Assembly: GCF_963921235.1 (NCBI RefSeq)
Contig: NC_086097.1
Span: forward strand, 39,992,001-40,056,000
Origin: Mobula hypostoma
Taxonomy: Eukaryota
DNA: 64,000 nucleotides
Reading direction: 5' to 3'
The first letter of the stretch is position 1. Each line of letters starts with the position of its first letter. Position numbers and translations under genes: made by a program. Below, piece by piece: positions 23,767-36,972 of this stretch. The notes under the pieces are model-generated. The model searched no databases. It was not told the DNA's origin and worked only from the letters and a program-made list of their open reading frames with translations.

Positions 23767-26088
23767 GGATGGGAAAGAGTTTGTCAAATATTTTCAGGGA
23801 AGTTTCCTTAATCAGTACATAGAAGTCCCAACTAGAGAGGGTGCAATAGTTGATCTCCTATTAGGAAATGAGACAGGAATAGTGACAAAAGTTATTGTAG
23901 GGGAATACTTCGCATCTACTGAGCATAATGCCATTTGTTTCAAGGTAATTATGGAGAAGGATAAGTCTGGTCCTCAGGTTGAGATTCTAAATTGGAGAAA
24001 AACCAATTTTGATAGTGTCAGAAAGGATCTGGCAAGTGCTGATTGGGACAGGCTGTTTTTAGGTAAAGGTGCACTTGGTAAGTGGGAGACCTTCATAAGT
24101 GAATATTGAGAGTACAGAATTTGTAGGTTCCTGTCAGAATAAAAGGCAAAGATAACAGTTTTAGGGAGCCTTGGTTTTTGAGCGACATTGAGGTTCTGGT
24201 TAAGAAAATGAAGATGCATAGCAGGTATAGGCAAGCAGGAATAAAACGAAGTACTTGAGGAGTCTAAGAAATGCAAGAGAGCACTTAAGAAAGAAATCAG
24301 GTGGGCTAAGTGAAGGCATCTGGTGGTTCTGAGGAGAATCCTAAAGGCTTCTACAGATATATTAAGAGCAAAAGGATAGCAAGGGACAAAATTTGTCCTC
24401 TGGAAGATCAAAATGGTAATCTATGTGTGTAGCTGAAAGAGATGTGGGAGATCTTAAATGGATTTTTTGCATCTGTATTTACCCAGGAGACAGATACAGA
24501 GTCTGTAAAAGAGATGCAAATCAACAGTGGGGTCATGGACCATATATAGATTACAAAAGTGTTCTCTGTCTTGAGGCAAATTAGGGTGGATGAATCCCCA
24601 AGGCCTGACTAGATGTTCCCTCAGACCCTGTGAGAAGCTAGTACATACATTTCAGGGGCCCTAGCTGAGATATTTAAAACAGCTTTAGCCATGGGTGAGG
24701 TGCCAGAAGTTGGAGGGTAGCTCATGTTGTTCTGTTGTTCTAAAAATAAACCAGGAAATTATAGGCCATTGAGCTTAATGTCGGTAGAGAAAAATTATTG
24801 GAAGGTATTCTAAGAGATTGGATATATTTGGATAGACAGGGACTGATTAGGGATAATCAGCATAGATTTGTGCATGGTAGAATGTGTCTAATCAATCTTC
24901 TAGAGTTTTTCGAGGAAATCCCCAAGAAACAATTTTGGCAAGGCGGTGGATGTTGTGTTCATGGACTTTAGCAAAGCCTTTGACAATGTCCTGCAAGAAG
25001 GTTCAGTCACTTGACATTCAAGATGAGGTAGTAAATTGGATTAGACATTGGCTTTGTGGAAGAAGCCAGAGAGTGGTAGTAGATGGTTGCCTCTAGTGAC
25101 TAGTGGAGTGCTGTAGGGATCGGTGCTGGGTCCGATGTTATTTGTCTTCTTATATCAATGATACAGATGATAATGTGGTTAACTGGATCAGAAAATCTGC
25201 AGATGACACCAAGATTGGGAGTGTGGTGGACAGTGAGGAATTCTATCAAAGCTTACGGCGGGATCTGGATCAGCTGGAAGAAAGGGCTGAATATTGCAAA
25301 TGGAATTTAATGCAGAAAAGTGTGAGGTGTTGCAATTTGGGAGGACAAACCAGGGTTGGTCTTACATGGTGAGTGACAGGGCACTGAGGAGTGCTGTAGA
25401 AAAGAGGCAACTGGGAATGCAGATCCATAATTCCTTGAAAGTGGTGTTACAGGTTGATAGGGTCATAAAGAAAGCTTGTGGCACATTGGCCTTCATAAAT
25501 CAATGTATTGAGTACAGGAGTTGGGATGTCATGTTGAAAATAAGATGTTGGTGAAGCGTGGTGTGCAGTTTTAGTCACTTACCTGCAGAAACGATATAAG
25601 TATGACTGAAATAGTGCAGAGAAAATTTACAAGATTGTTGTCATGTCTTGAAGACCTGAGTTATAGGGGAAGGTTAAATAGGTTAGAACCTTATACTCCA
25701 GAATGTAGAAGATGGAGGGGAGGTTTGACACTGGTACATAAAGTTATCAGGGGTACTGATCAGATAGGGTAAATGCAAGCATGCTTTTCCCACTGAGGTT
25801 GGAAGGGATTACAAATAGAGGTCATGGGTAAGGGTGAAAGAAGAAATGTTTAAGGAGAATGAGGAAGAACTGCTTCACTCAGAGGATGGTGAGAGTGTGG
25901 AATAAGCTACTGACGCAAGTGGTGGATGCAGGGTCTAATTCAACATATAAGGGAGATTTGGATAGGTAAATGGATGGGAGGGGGTGCAGAGGCTATGATC
26001 TGGCCACAGTTCAATAGAACTGGACAGATTAGTAGTTTGGCATGAGCCAAAAGGCCTGCTTCTGTGCTGTAGTGTTCTATGAGTCTAT
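23767..26088 (+). mobile_element. CR1 ORF2 (end of endonuclease, RT, 3' UTR), decayed
   Basis: FLNQYIEVPTREGAIVDLLLGNE; NYRPLSL; MDFSKAFD; ADDTKIG; CR1 tail near 26080. Confidence 0.9.
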
Positions 26089-26089
26089 G

Positions 26090-26530
26090 AGGAGAAGTAA
26101 CAGTCAATGTTTCAGACCGAGACCTATCATCAGGACTGGAATGGAATGGAGCAGAAGCAAAATATGAATATGGAGGGAAGAGAAATAATATAACTTGGCA
26201 GGTGATAGGTGAGACCAAGTGAGGCAGAAGTTGGGCGTGTAGGGGAGGGCATAGGTAGAAGAGATAAAGGGCTGAAGAAGAAGGAATTTGTTGGGAGAGG
26301 AGAGAGGACCATGAAATAAAGGGAAGGAGGAAGAAAACCAGAGGGAAGTGATGGGCAGGTGAAGAGAAGAGAATGGGCTCAGAGGGAAACCCGAATTAAG
26401 AATGAGAAAAAGGAGGAGGGAGAGGAGAAATAGCCTGAAGTTAGAGAAGTTGATTCTCATGCCATTTGGTTGGTGGCTACCCAGATGGAATATGATATTT
26501 TGCTCCTCCAACCTGAGTTTGGCTTCATAG
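26090..26530 (-). mobile_element. Penelope-like element 3' part
   Basis: EEQNIIFHLGSHQPNGMRINFSNFR followed by pyrimidine-rich UTR and hammerhead motif. Confidence 0.82.
26101..26138 (-). ncRNA. Minimal type-I hammerhead ribozyme motif (Penelope-associated)
   Basis: CAGUC-CUGAUGA-UAGGUCUCGGUCU-GAAAC-AUU-GACUG: stem I CAGUC/GACUG, stem II AGG/UCU, conserved cores present. Confidence 0.7.
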
Positions 26531-26559
26531 GTGTATGTGAACCTTCAAAGGGCAATGGT

Positions 26560-27375
26560 ACAGCAGATCAAAGCAGACGAGACTTCATTGGCTCTTCATT
26601 CAATCTGGAACATCTGGGCAGTGAAGATGTATACATCAGCATGCTCTTCATTGTCTACAGCTCAGCATTGTATGATATCATCCCCTCAGAACTAATCAAT
26701 AAGCTTCAAGTCCATGGCCTTAATACCTCCTTGAGCACCAGGATCCTCAATTTCCTCACTTGCAGACCCCAGTCAGTTCAGATTGGCAACAACATCTCCT
26801 CCACAATGTCTCTCAGCGCAGGTGCACTACAAGGCTATGTGCTTACCCCCTTGCTCTACTTGTTTAAACGTATGACTGTGAGGCTAAGCAAAGCTCTGGT
26901 ACCGTATTTAAATTTGCCAGTGACACCACTATCATTGGCCGAATCAAAGGTGGTGACAAAACAGCATATAGGAGGGAGACTGATAATCCGGCTGACTTGT
27001 GCCACAACAACAACATCTCACTCAATATCAGCAAGACCAAGGAGATGATTATTGACATTAGCAGGAAGAAACCAGAGGTCCATGATGTGGAGGGCATCAT
27101 CAACTTTAAATTCTTTGGTGTGATCATTTCAGAGGATCTGTTCTAGGCCCAGCAAGTGCCAGGATGAAGAAAGCATTGCAGAGCCTCTACTTCCTCTTAG
27201 AAGTTTGCGAAGATAAATAGTTAATTTAGTTAAATAGTTAGTAATAATAGTTTAGTAAAATAGTTAACCAATTTCCCCTGGGATCAATAAAGCATGACTA
27301 TGACTACTATGACTATAAACATGTCATGTCAAAGGCTGACAAGCTTTTATAGATGTGTGGTGGAAATAGACTGAC
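26560..27375 (+). mobile_element. Rex1/Babar RT fragment
   Basis: YISMLFIVYSSALYDIIPSELINKL...ILNFLTCRPQSVQIGNNISSTMSLSAGALQGYVLTPLLY. Confidence 0.88.
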
Positions 27376-27377
27376 TT

Positions 27378-27565
27378 GGATCCGCACCAGCCAATAGACT
27401 GGTCCTAGACTTATTTTCCATCTGGCGTAGTTTTGCATTTTGTTGTTTGATTGTTGGGGTTTTTTGTATTGCTATATTTATGCTCTATTCTTGGTTAGTG
27501 CAGCTGTAACGAAACCAAATTTCCCTCGGGATTAATAAAGTATATCTATCTATCTATCTATCTAC
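27378..27565 (+). mobile_element. 3' end of a young Rex1-type element with (TATC)n tail
   Basis: Near-identical to 49470-49652; terminal TTTCCCTCGGGATTAATAAAG. Confidence 0.7.
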
Positions 27566-27890
27566 CTATAATCTTTGATGTCATCCCTAAACAAGAACCT
27601 ATAAACTCTGCTTTAAATATACCAAATGACTTGGCCTCTGCAACTGACTGTTGCAATGAATTCTACAGATTCGCCATCATCTGGCTCACCAAAGTCCTCC
27701 TCGTCTCTGTTTAGAAGGGACATCCTTCTATTCTGAGGCTGAGCTGTCTGGCCCTCGTCTCCCCCACTATTTGAAATATTCTCTCCACATCCACTCTATC
27801 TTGGTCATTTGGTAGGTATCAATGAGATCTTCCATCTTTCTGTTAAACTCCAGTGAGTACATGCCCAGTGCCATCAAACACTCCTCATTC
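27566..27890 (-). mobile_element. CR1 3' fragment
   Basis: VDVER..F...GETRA..LRIEGCPF...NL.NSL motifs on minus strand. Confidence 0.8.
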
Positions 27891-28084
27891 AGTACTTTAT
27901 GTCAGTACGTTTGGATATGGCCCAAGTACTGGGATTGAGACTCTGAAGGGGTCCACATTTCACAGACTTTAATGTAAACAGGATTTTAAAGGAAAAGAAA
28001 ACAATAAAAACTAGGCCAAACAGGACTGTTAACTAAAACTCTCAAACAGAAAACTAGGTGCCAAGATCATGGCTGAAAGGTCCA

Positions 28085-31005
28085 CAAGACCATAAGATAA
28101 CAGGAGCAGAATTAGGTCACTTGGCCCATCGAGTCTGCTCCACCAATTCATCATGGCTGATCCAATTTTCCTCTCAGCCCCCATCTCCTGCCTTAGACCA
28201 TAAGACCATAAGACATAGGGGGCAGTATTAGGCCATTCAGCCCATTGAGTCTGCTCCGCCATCACATCATGGCTGATCACAGATCCCACTCAACCCCATA
28301 CACCTGCCTTCTTGCCATAACCTCTGATGCCTTGACCAATCAATTTTGCTTGAAATATACCCATTGTCTTGGCCTCCACTGCTGTCTGTGGCAGAGCACA
28401 CAGATTCACTACTCTCTGGCTAAAAGAAATTCCTCTTTACCACTGTTCTAAAGGGTTGCCCTCAATTTTGAGGCTGTGACTTCTAGTTCTGGCTACCACC
28501 CCCCCCCCCGCCCCCGCCATCTTAGGAAACATCCTCTCCACATCCACTTTATGTAGTCCTTTTAACATTCAGCAGGTTTCAATGAGACTCCCCCCCACTT
28601 TCTTCTACATTTCAGTGAATACAGGCCCAAAGCTGCCAAGCACTCTTCATTCCTGGAATCATCCTTGCAAACCTCCTCTGGACTCTCTCCAATGACATCG
28701 CATCCTTTTTGAGATCTGGGGCCCTAAACTGTTGACAATACTCCAAGTGCAGCTTGACCAGTGTCTTATGAAGCCCCAGCATTATCTCCTTGTTTTTATA
28801 TTCTATTCCCCTTGAAAAGAATACCAACATTGCATTTGCCTTCTTTACCATAGACTGGACCTGTAACTTAACCTTCTGGGAGTCTTGCACGAGGACTTTT
28901 AAGTCCCTCTGCACCTCTGTTGTTTGAATTTTCTGCCCATTTAGATAATAGTCTGAACTTCTGTTCCTTTTACTAAAATGCATTATCATCCATTTCCCAA
29001 CACTGTACTCCACCTGCCACTTTTTTGCCCATCCTTCAAATTTGTCTAAGTCCTGCTGCAATCGCATTGCTTCCTCAGCACTATCTATGCCTCCACCTAT
29101 CTTTATATCATCTGCAAACTTTGCCGCAAAGCCATCAATTCCATTAACTAAATCATTGACAAACAATGTGAAAGTAGCGGTCCCAATACTGACCCCTGAG
29201 AAACACCACTAGTCACTGACAGCCAACCAGTAAAGGTTCCCTTTACTCCCACTCACTGCCTCCTGCCTGTCAGCCATTCCTCTATCCCTGCCAGTATCTT
29301 TCCTGTAATGCCATGGGATTTTATCTTGAGAAGCAGCTTCATGTCTGGCACCTTATCAAATGCCTTCTGAAAATCCAAGTAAATGACATCCACTGCCTTT
29401 CCTTTGTCCACCCCATTTATTACTTCCTCGAAGAATAACAGATTTGTTAGGCAAGATTTTCCTTTACAGAAACCATACTGACTTTAACTTATTTTATTAT
29501 TAATCTTCAAGGATCCCGAAACCTCATCCTTAATAATAGACTCCAACAATTTTCCAACCACTGAGGTTAGGCTCACTGGTCTATAATTTCCTTTCTTTTG
29601 CCTTCCTCCCTCTTTAAAGAATGGAGTGATACTTGCAATTTTCCAGTACTCTGGAACCATGCCAGAATCAAGTGATTCTTGAAAGATAATGAGCAATGCA
29701 TCTGTTATCTCTTCGGCTACCTCCCTCAGGACTCTGGGATGTAGGCCATCTAGTCCTGGTGACTTATCTACCTTAAAACTTTTGAGTTTGCCTAGCACTT
29801 TTTCCTTTGTAATAGCAATGGCACTCACTCCTGCTCCGTGACACTCATGGACCTTTGGCACACTACTAGTGTCTTCCACAGTGAAGACTGATGCAAAGTA
29901 CTTATTAAGTTTCTTTGTTTCCCCATTACTACCTCACCATCATTATTTTCCAGTAGTCTAATATCAACTCTCACCTCCCTTTTACTCTTTATATAATCAA
30001 AAAACTTCTGGTATCCTGCTTTATATTATTGGCCAGTTTGACCTCATATTTCATCTTTTCTCTTCTTATGGCTTTTTTAGTTCCCTTTTGTTGGATTTTA
30101 AAAACTTCCCAATCATCCAACTTCCCATTCACTTTTCCTTGGCTTTTATGCAGTCCTTAACTTCCCTTGTCGGCCACAGTTGCCTACCCCTGCCATTTCA
30201 GAACAACTTCTTCTGTGGGACATATCTATCCTGCGCCTTGTGAACTATTTCAGAAACTTCAGCCACCTCTGCTTTGCCATCATCCCCACCAGTATCCCCC
30301 TCCAATCCACTCAGGCAAGCTCGTCTCTCATGCCTCTGTAATTCCATTTATTCCATTGTGATACTGATACATCTGACTTGTGTTTCTGTCTCTCAAATTG
30401 CAGCATGAATTCAATTATATTAAGATCTCTGTCTCCTAAGGGTTCCTATACCTCGAGCTCTGTGATAAAATCTGGATTGTTACATAACACCTGATCTAAG
30501 ATAGCCTTTTCCTGAGTAGGCTCAAGCACAAGCTAACCTAAAAAGTTATCTTGTAGGCATTCAATAAATACCCTCTCTTGCGACCTGACACCAACCTGAT
30601 TTTCCCATTCCTCTTGCACATTGAAGTCTCCCATTACAATTGTGACATTACTCTTAATACATGCCCTTTACAGGTCCCTTTGCAATCCCAACCCCACATC
30701 TTGACAACTACTTGGAGGCCTATATATGATTCCCATGATGTTTTTTGCTCATCCTTGCAGTTTCTTAACTCCACCCACAAAGATCTGACATTCTCTGACT
30801 CTATGTCACTACTTTCTAAAGATGTAATTCCAACTCTTACCAACAGAGCCACTCCACCACCTATGCTTTCCTGCCTGTCTTTTTGATACAAAATATATCC
30901 TTTGATATTAAACTCCCAACTATGACTTTCTTTTAGCGATGCACACAGTGTCATACCAACCAATCTCTGATTGTGTCATGAGTTCACTCACCTTATTCCG
31001 AACAT
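28085..31005 (-). mobile_element. CR1 LINE, near-complete decayed ORF2 (with an extra CR1 tail at 28085-28195)
   Basis: KGYILYQKDRQESIGGGVALL; DKSPGLDGLHPRVLREVAEEI; GNYRPVSLTSVVGKLLE; KFADDIKIGG; CCATAAGA-repeat tail. Confidence 0.92.
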
Positions 31006-31009
31006 TACA

Positions 31010-32104
31010 TATCCCTTCATGCCCTGACCAATCAAGAATCTATCAACCTCTGTCTTAACGTACATAAAGACTTGGCCTCCACAGCTGCCTGTGGCAAAGA
31101 ATTCCACAGATTCATTATGCTCTGGCTGAAGAAATTCCTCCTTATCTCCATTCTAAAAGGATGCCCCTCTATTTTGAAGCTGTGAACTCTGATCATGGAC
31201 TCTCCTACCATAGGAAATGTCCTCTCCACATCCACTCTATCAAGACCTTTCACCATTTGATAGGTTTCAATGAGGTCACCCCTTATTCTTCTGAATTCTT
31301 GTCAATACAAGCCCAGAGCCATCAAACGCTCTTCATATGACAAATCATTCAATCCTGGAATCATTTTCGTGCATCTCCTTTGAACCCTCTCTGGTTTCAG
31401 CACATCCTTTTCCAAGATATGGGGCCCAAAACTACTCACAATACTTCAAGTGAGGCCTCACCAATGCTCTATAAAGTCTCAGCATTACATCCTTGCTTTT
31501 ATATTTCAGTCCTCTTGAAATGAATGCTCACATTGTATTTGCCTTCCTCACCACAGACTCAACCTGCAAAATAACCTTTTGCGGATCCTGCACAAGGACT
31601 CTCATGTGACTTTGCAGCTCAGTTTTTTTTGTATTTTCTCGCCATTTAGAAAACAGTCAACCCTTTCATTTCTTATACCAAAACGTATGACCATACACTC
31701 CCCAACATAGTATTCCATGTGCCATTTCTTTGCTTATTTGTCTCAATCCTTCCGTAGCCTCTTTACTTCCTCAAAACTACCTGCCCCTCCACCTATCTTC
31801 ATATCGTCTGCAAACTTTGCATCAAAGCCATCAATTCCATCATCCAAATCATTGACATATAATGTAAAAAGAATCAATCCCAGCACAATCCCTGTGAATA
31901 CCACTAGTCACTGGCAATAAAGAAAAGGCTGTCTTTATTCCCACCCTTTGCCTCTTGCCAATCAGCCACTGCTTTATCCATGCAAGAATCTTTCTTGTAA
32001 TACCATGGGTTCACAGCTTGTTGAGTAGCCTCATGCGTGGCACCTTGTCAAAGGCCTTCTGAAAGTCCAAGTATACACTATCAACCCATTCTCCGTTGTC
32101 TACC
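31010..32104 (-). mobile_element. CR1 RT/3' fragment
   Basis: VKGLDRVDVERTFPMVGES...RNFFSQSIMNLWNSLPQ; KFADDMKIGG. Confidence 0.88.
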
Positions 32105-33402
32105 TGTTACGAGACGCCCCCAACCACACCAGCTTCTGGGATTCGGACACTCAAATTGCTCCGATAGCTGATGCAGCCTCTTCAAGGGTTCAGGACAGTC
32201 CCACTAATTGGTAATCATGGTTCAAAAACTAAGCATTTAAGGAACACCTGAACTGTGGTTTGGTGTGTAATCGTAAGCCTTACCAGTGTTTTTGCCTAGC
32301 ATTTGTCTTGTGCTCAGTTCTCGATCCAGTTTGATATCTTGTCTCAATCCTTGCTTCAGATACTCCAGCATTTGGGTCGAAGCCTTCCTTGTCAAGGACT
32401 CTTGTCACAGTACGAATGAGTGTACAGGAAACCAGCAGGGTATCAGAGCCTTTCGTCGGCTGTAGTCAGCCACAGTGAGAAAATTTCAACACAGAGCCTG
32501 GAAGTACGCAACCTCCAGGTCGCTCTGTGCCAACTATTACAGGATGAAAGCCAAAGTCGCTCGGATGAGGCTGTCAGTTTCTCTGAGCAGCCAGTCCACC
32601 TTCTGACCCTGGAGAGATTCAATGGTGACCCAGGCTCTTGCTGCTGCTTCCCCATCCTGTGCTCATTAGTGTTTGGACTTCAGCCGTCCCAGTTCCCTTC
32701 AGAATGCGGAAAGGTAGCCCTCATTATCTCTCTTCTAGCCTGGGCCACTGCACTTTGGGGAACGCAGGTTGGAGGTTTGTTCAGATTCAGAGGAATTCTT
32801 GGCTGCCATGAAGAAGGTGTTCCATCACTCTGCTGGAGTCAGCCAAGGCTCAGATCCGCCTGATGAAAATTCAACAGGGTGGAAGGTCAGCAGTTGACTA
32901 TGTGATTGAATTTCGGACCTTGGCCCAAGAGAGTGGCTGGAATGGGGAGGCCTTGACCACGCTATGCCACCACAGACTCTGAGCCGAACTGAAGGAGGCA
33001 TTTGCCTTGGGAGAGCCAGTAGAGAACTTAGAGTTTCTCATCGATCAGTCCATCCGTTTCAATAATTGTCTGGCAGAGCGAAAGTGGGACCACTTCAGGA
33101 GGTCAAAGAGAGCCTGTCGCGTTGCAATTCAACCCTCTTCCCCATCCCCCTCAACCTCGGGCCATGACCAGCCCATCGCCGGCTCAAGATCCTGTCGAAC
33201 GCTTGCAGGTCAGTTGCACTAGATTCTCCGCTGTTGAGGGGACTCAGCATCAGAACCACAGTTTCTGTTTTTACTGGGGGAAGCAGGTCACCTACGGGCG
33301 GAATGTCCGAAGCTGCAGATACCTGGGGAACTGCTAAGACCATCCTGTGATGGTAGCAGCTTTGCCTTGAGAGAGCCAGTACAGAACTTAGAGATTCTCA
33401 TC
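32105..33402 (+). mobile_element. Gypsy/Ty3 LTR retrotransposon remnant: 5' LTR (32105-32409) + decayed gag (sushi/PEG10-RTL-like)
   Basis: TGTTAC...GTCACA LTR; ERFNGDPGSCCCF...LQPSQFPSECGKVALIISLLAWATALW; QQGGRSAVDYVIEFRTLA; degenerate zinc knuckle CFYWGKQ. Confidence 0.85.
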
Positions 33403-33669
33403 CACTTCCTTAAGTATACAAGTATATAGTTTCATTGCACATCTGTATTTTGCACCAATACTTTTTAACACACATTTTGTATTCTTTTTCATACTTCAAT
33501 GCTTACGTTTTGTATTTTCAAGTATATGTATATATATGTGTGTGTGTATGATCGAGCAACCTTGCAACAATAATTTCCTTTGGATAAATAAATTTTTATC
33601 TTATCTTATCTCTTACATTCATGAGCACAGTTACTGAATTTGCTGTGCAGCCGAGTCTGTGGTTGTGAC

Positions 33670-34560
33670 ACATTAACCCTATCATTCCTAGGATCACTCT
33701 CTGGAAACTCCTCTGGACAGTCTCCAATGTCAATACATCCTTTCTTTGATATTGAACCCAAAGCTGCTCACAGCACTCCAAGTGTGTCTGACCAATGCCT
33801 TATAAAGTGTCAGCACTATATCCTTGCTTTTAGTTTGTAGTCCTCATGAATGGAATGCTAACATTGTATTTGCCTTTCTTCCCACCAAACCAGCCTGCAT
33901 GTTAACTTTTAGGAAATCCTCCCAAGTCCTTATGTACCTCCATTTTCTGAGTTTACTCCCCATTTAGAAAATGGTCTACACCTTTATTCCTTCTATCAAA
34001 CTGCATGGCCATACATTTCCCTACACATCTGCCACTTCTTTGCCATTCTCTTAATCTGTCCAAGTCCTCCTCCTGACTCATTGCTTTCCCAGCACTATTT
34101 CCTCCTCCACTATCTTTGAATCATCCACAAACTTGGCCACAAAGCCATCAATTCCATCATCCAGATCATTACCATATATTGTAAAATGTAGTGGACTCCA
34201 CATCGACTCTTATGGAACACCATTAGTTACTGATAGCCAACTAGAAAAAGTTCCCTTTATTACCATTCAGCCTTTTTCCCGTCAGCGAATATTCTGTCCA
34301 TGCAAATATGCTTCCTTCATAACCGTGGTTTCTTAACTTGTTCAGCAGTCTCATGCACAGCACCAGGTCAAACGCCTTCTGAAAATCCAAGTAAACAACA
34401 CCTGCTGACTCTCCTTTGTCTATCTTCCCTGTTATTTCCTCAAAGATTTCCAACAGATTTGTCAGGCAAGATTTCTCCCTAAGGAAACTGTGCTGACTTC
34501 ATCCTATTTTATCATGTGCCTCCAAGTATCCTGAAACCTCATCCTTAGTAATGAACTCAA
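33670..34560 (-). mobile_element. CR1 RT fragment
   Basis: IFEEITGKIDKGESAGVVYLDFQKAFDLV; CCEQLW..QRKDVLTLETVQRSF. Confidence 0.88.
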
Positions 34561-34589
34561 AATGGACACAAGTGTGGGCAGGATTATAT

Positions 34590-35235
34590 TATTAGATTAG
34601 AAATTAGATTATGAGGACATGCAGTCCTCTTTTATTGTCATTTAGTAATGCATGCATTAAGAAATGATACAATGTTTCTCCAGAATGATATCACAGAAAT
34701 ACATGACAAACTGACTGAAAAACTGACTAAAACCACATAATTATAACATATAGTTACAACAGTGCAAAGCAAAACCGTAATTTGATAAAGAACAGACCAT
34801 GGCACAGTAAAAATCTCAAAGTCTCTCAAAGTCTCATCATCTCACGCAGACGGTGAACTTCCAGCGCCGCAAACTTGCCAATTCTGGAGGCATCCGACCA
34901 CAGTCCGACTCTGAGTCCGTCCGAAAACTCCGAGCCTCCGACCAGCTCTCCGACACCAAGTACCGAGCACCATCTCTGCCGAGCTCTTCGACCCCGGCCC
35001 CGGCAACAGGCAATAGACAAAGCCGAGGATTTGGGGCCTTCCCCTCCGGAGATTCTCAATCTCACAGTAGCAGTGGCAGCGAAATGAGAATTTCAGAAGT
35101 TTTTCCAGGTGTTCCTCCGTGCTTCTCATGGCTGTCTCCATCAAATCAGGATTGTGCACGGCCCCCTATTGAAGACATACAATATCATTCGGAATGGCCG
35201 CGCACTGCGTCGTGCCGCCATCTCTCCTCCCCTCC
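34590..35235 (-). mobile_element. Young CpG-rich non-autonomous retroelement (LINE 5' UTR-like head + Rex1-like tail)
   Basis: Minus-strand head GGAGAGATGGCGGCACGACGC; AATAAA followed by CTAAT-repeat tail; no RT coding; CpG retained. Confidence 0.55.
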
Positions 35236-35239
35236 TACT

Positions 35240-35925
35240 GGATGGACATAAATAGACAATGACAGAAAACAGGCCAGGTTATCAGCTGTTTTCTCGAATG
35301 GAAAAAGTGGAGGGTAACATATTATGTAGGTTGATGTAGGACCCACTGATTTTTCCTGATCTTGCAATTGGATGTGCAGGGCACATTTTCAGAATATGAA
35401 AAAGAGAGTAAACATGGAAGAATAGTGAACACTGAGAAAGATTGTTATTGAGCTCAAGACGACATAATCTGCCTGTTGGAATGGTAGACATGCAGCAAAT
35501 GAAATTTAACGTAGAAATGTAAGGATATGCTTAGGAAGAAAGAATGAAGAGAGACAATAAAATATGCAATTATATAAGCAGGCAGAAAGAGAGAAGCCTT
35601 TGTGTGCATTTGCATAAATCGTTGAAGGCTGAAAAAGTTATAGTGGACTTTAAGATCATTGGTTTGACCACAGTTGGAGAACTGTGTTCATCCAATGGTT
35701 TTTGATTTAAAGTGATTGACAAAAGAGTAAGCCAGATAGCTGAGTATAAATAAATGGCTACAACTAGAATTCCTCTCAATTAGGTGATGCAGAATTTCAT
35801 AGAGGTGCTGATTGGCAGATCATGGGAAAAGAGACTCACAGTACTTCTCTAAGAGTGCTTGTGCAGGCTGGAAGGGCTGAAGGATTTCTCCTGCACTGTT
35901 GCTCCTCTATGATTCCATTCTATGA
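35240..35925 (+). mobile_element. Old CR1 fragments
   Basis: Decayed WQMKFN.EKC-like motif near 35490; CR1 tail GGGCTGAAGG...CTCTATGATTC. Confidence 0.55.
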
Positions 35926-36972
35926 CATGCTGAGATGGGAGTTGTGAGTTTGGTTAACTACTGAGTATTGAGGCTTGCTAATTTTCCATTGGTTGGTGTT
36001 CTTTCCTGCATGGGAGATGATGGAAGGTTGGAACAGGAGCAGTGATATCACAGCAAAGGTTGTCAGAGGGTCAGGGTTGTGGGATATTGCCCAGTAGGGG
36101 ATATTTTAAACTACTTCCTCTTGAGGTCCAATGAAATTATGGAAACTTTACCAGATTGTTTTGAAGTCTCAATGGGGTTAGCCATTTTGTTTTACTACAG
36201 AGCAACTTGGTTGCCATATGTCGTTGTTGGCTTTATTACTGAAAAATATAGACACGGGACAAAAACTTGCTTTAACACAGCTGTCATCTATCATTTCACA
36301 AGCCATCTGGGCTCCTTTACAGAGAGAGGATCTTCCATATTCCTTTCTCTTCTCTCCCATCAAAATATAAACTAATATCCTCTTGTTGCATTATTAAAAT
36401 TATTCTTAAAATGTTCACTGCCTTTGTTGAGAAAGGACGAGAGAGGACAGACCAAAGACAAAGTCTGGGTCAAAAGTTGAAGCACAAAACTGAAAGAAAG
36501 AAGTCACAAATAAGCTGAATGTTGCCTGCTTGCTCAGTTCAGATTCACTGCTCCCCTGGGCCAGGTTTTCATTTGCTAGTGACTAAAATCTGTAGTAATT
36601 AAGTTACAGTGAGATTTTATCTAACACACTTTACCACATAGTTCAGTAATCTAAAATGATGGCACTACAATATAGTTATTTTCCTGTGTGTGAAGGATCA
36701 ATGGATTTCTGAAGCTATTATTTGACATTAAAACTTTTTTATGATTGAGATCCAAGTCTGTAAAAAATAGAACTCGCACTAAGTTATGATTTGTATACAG
36801 TATCTTAAAGACATTTGTTACCTTGATTTGTGAATAGAGGAGTTATAAATGGGAGCAATAGAATACCAAGCTCCCCTGGCAAACAAGAGCTGATAACTCA
36901 CTTGTAACAAATTAGGTGCAGAGGACCTCCAGCACCTGTAAATGTTCCTCCTGGAGATTAGGTTCTTCTTAC

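Noticed and set aside
26470..27048. 192-aa ORF as a host gene
   Set aside because: Fusion of antisense Penelope sequence and a decayed Rex1 RT.
32420..32863. Domesticated RTL/PEG10-like gene
   Set aside because: Frameshifts and stops, an adjacent LTR and insertion within a CR1 point to a dead retrotransposon.
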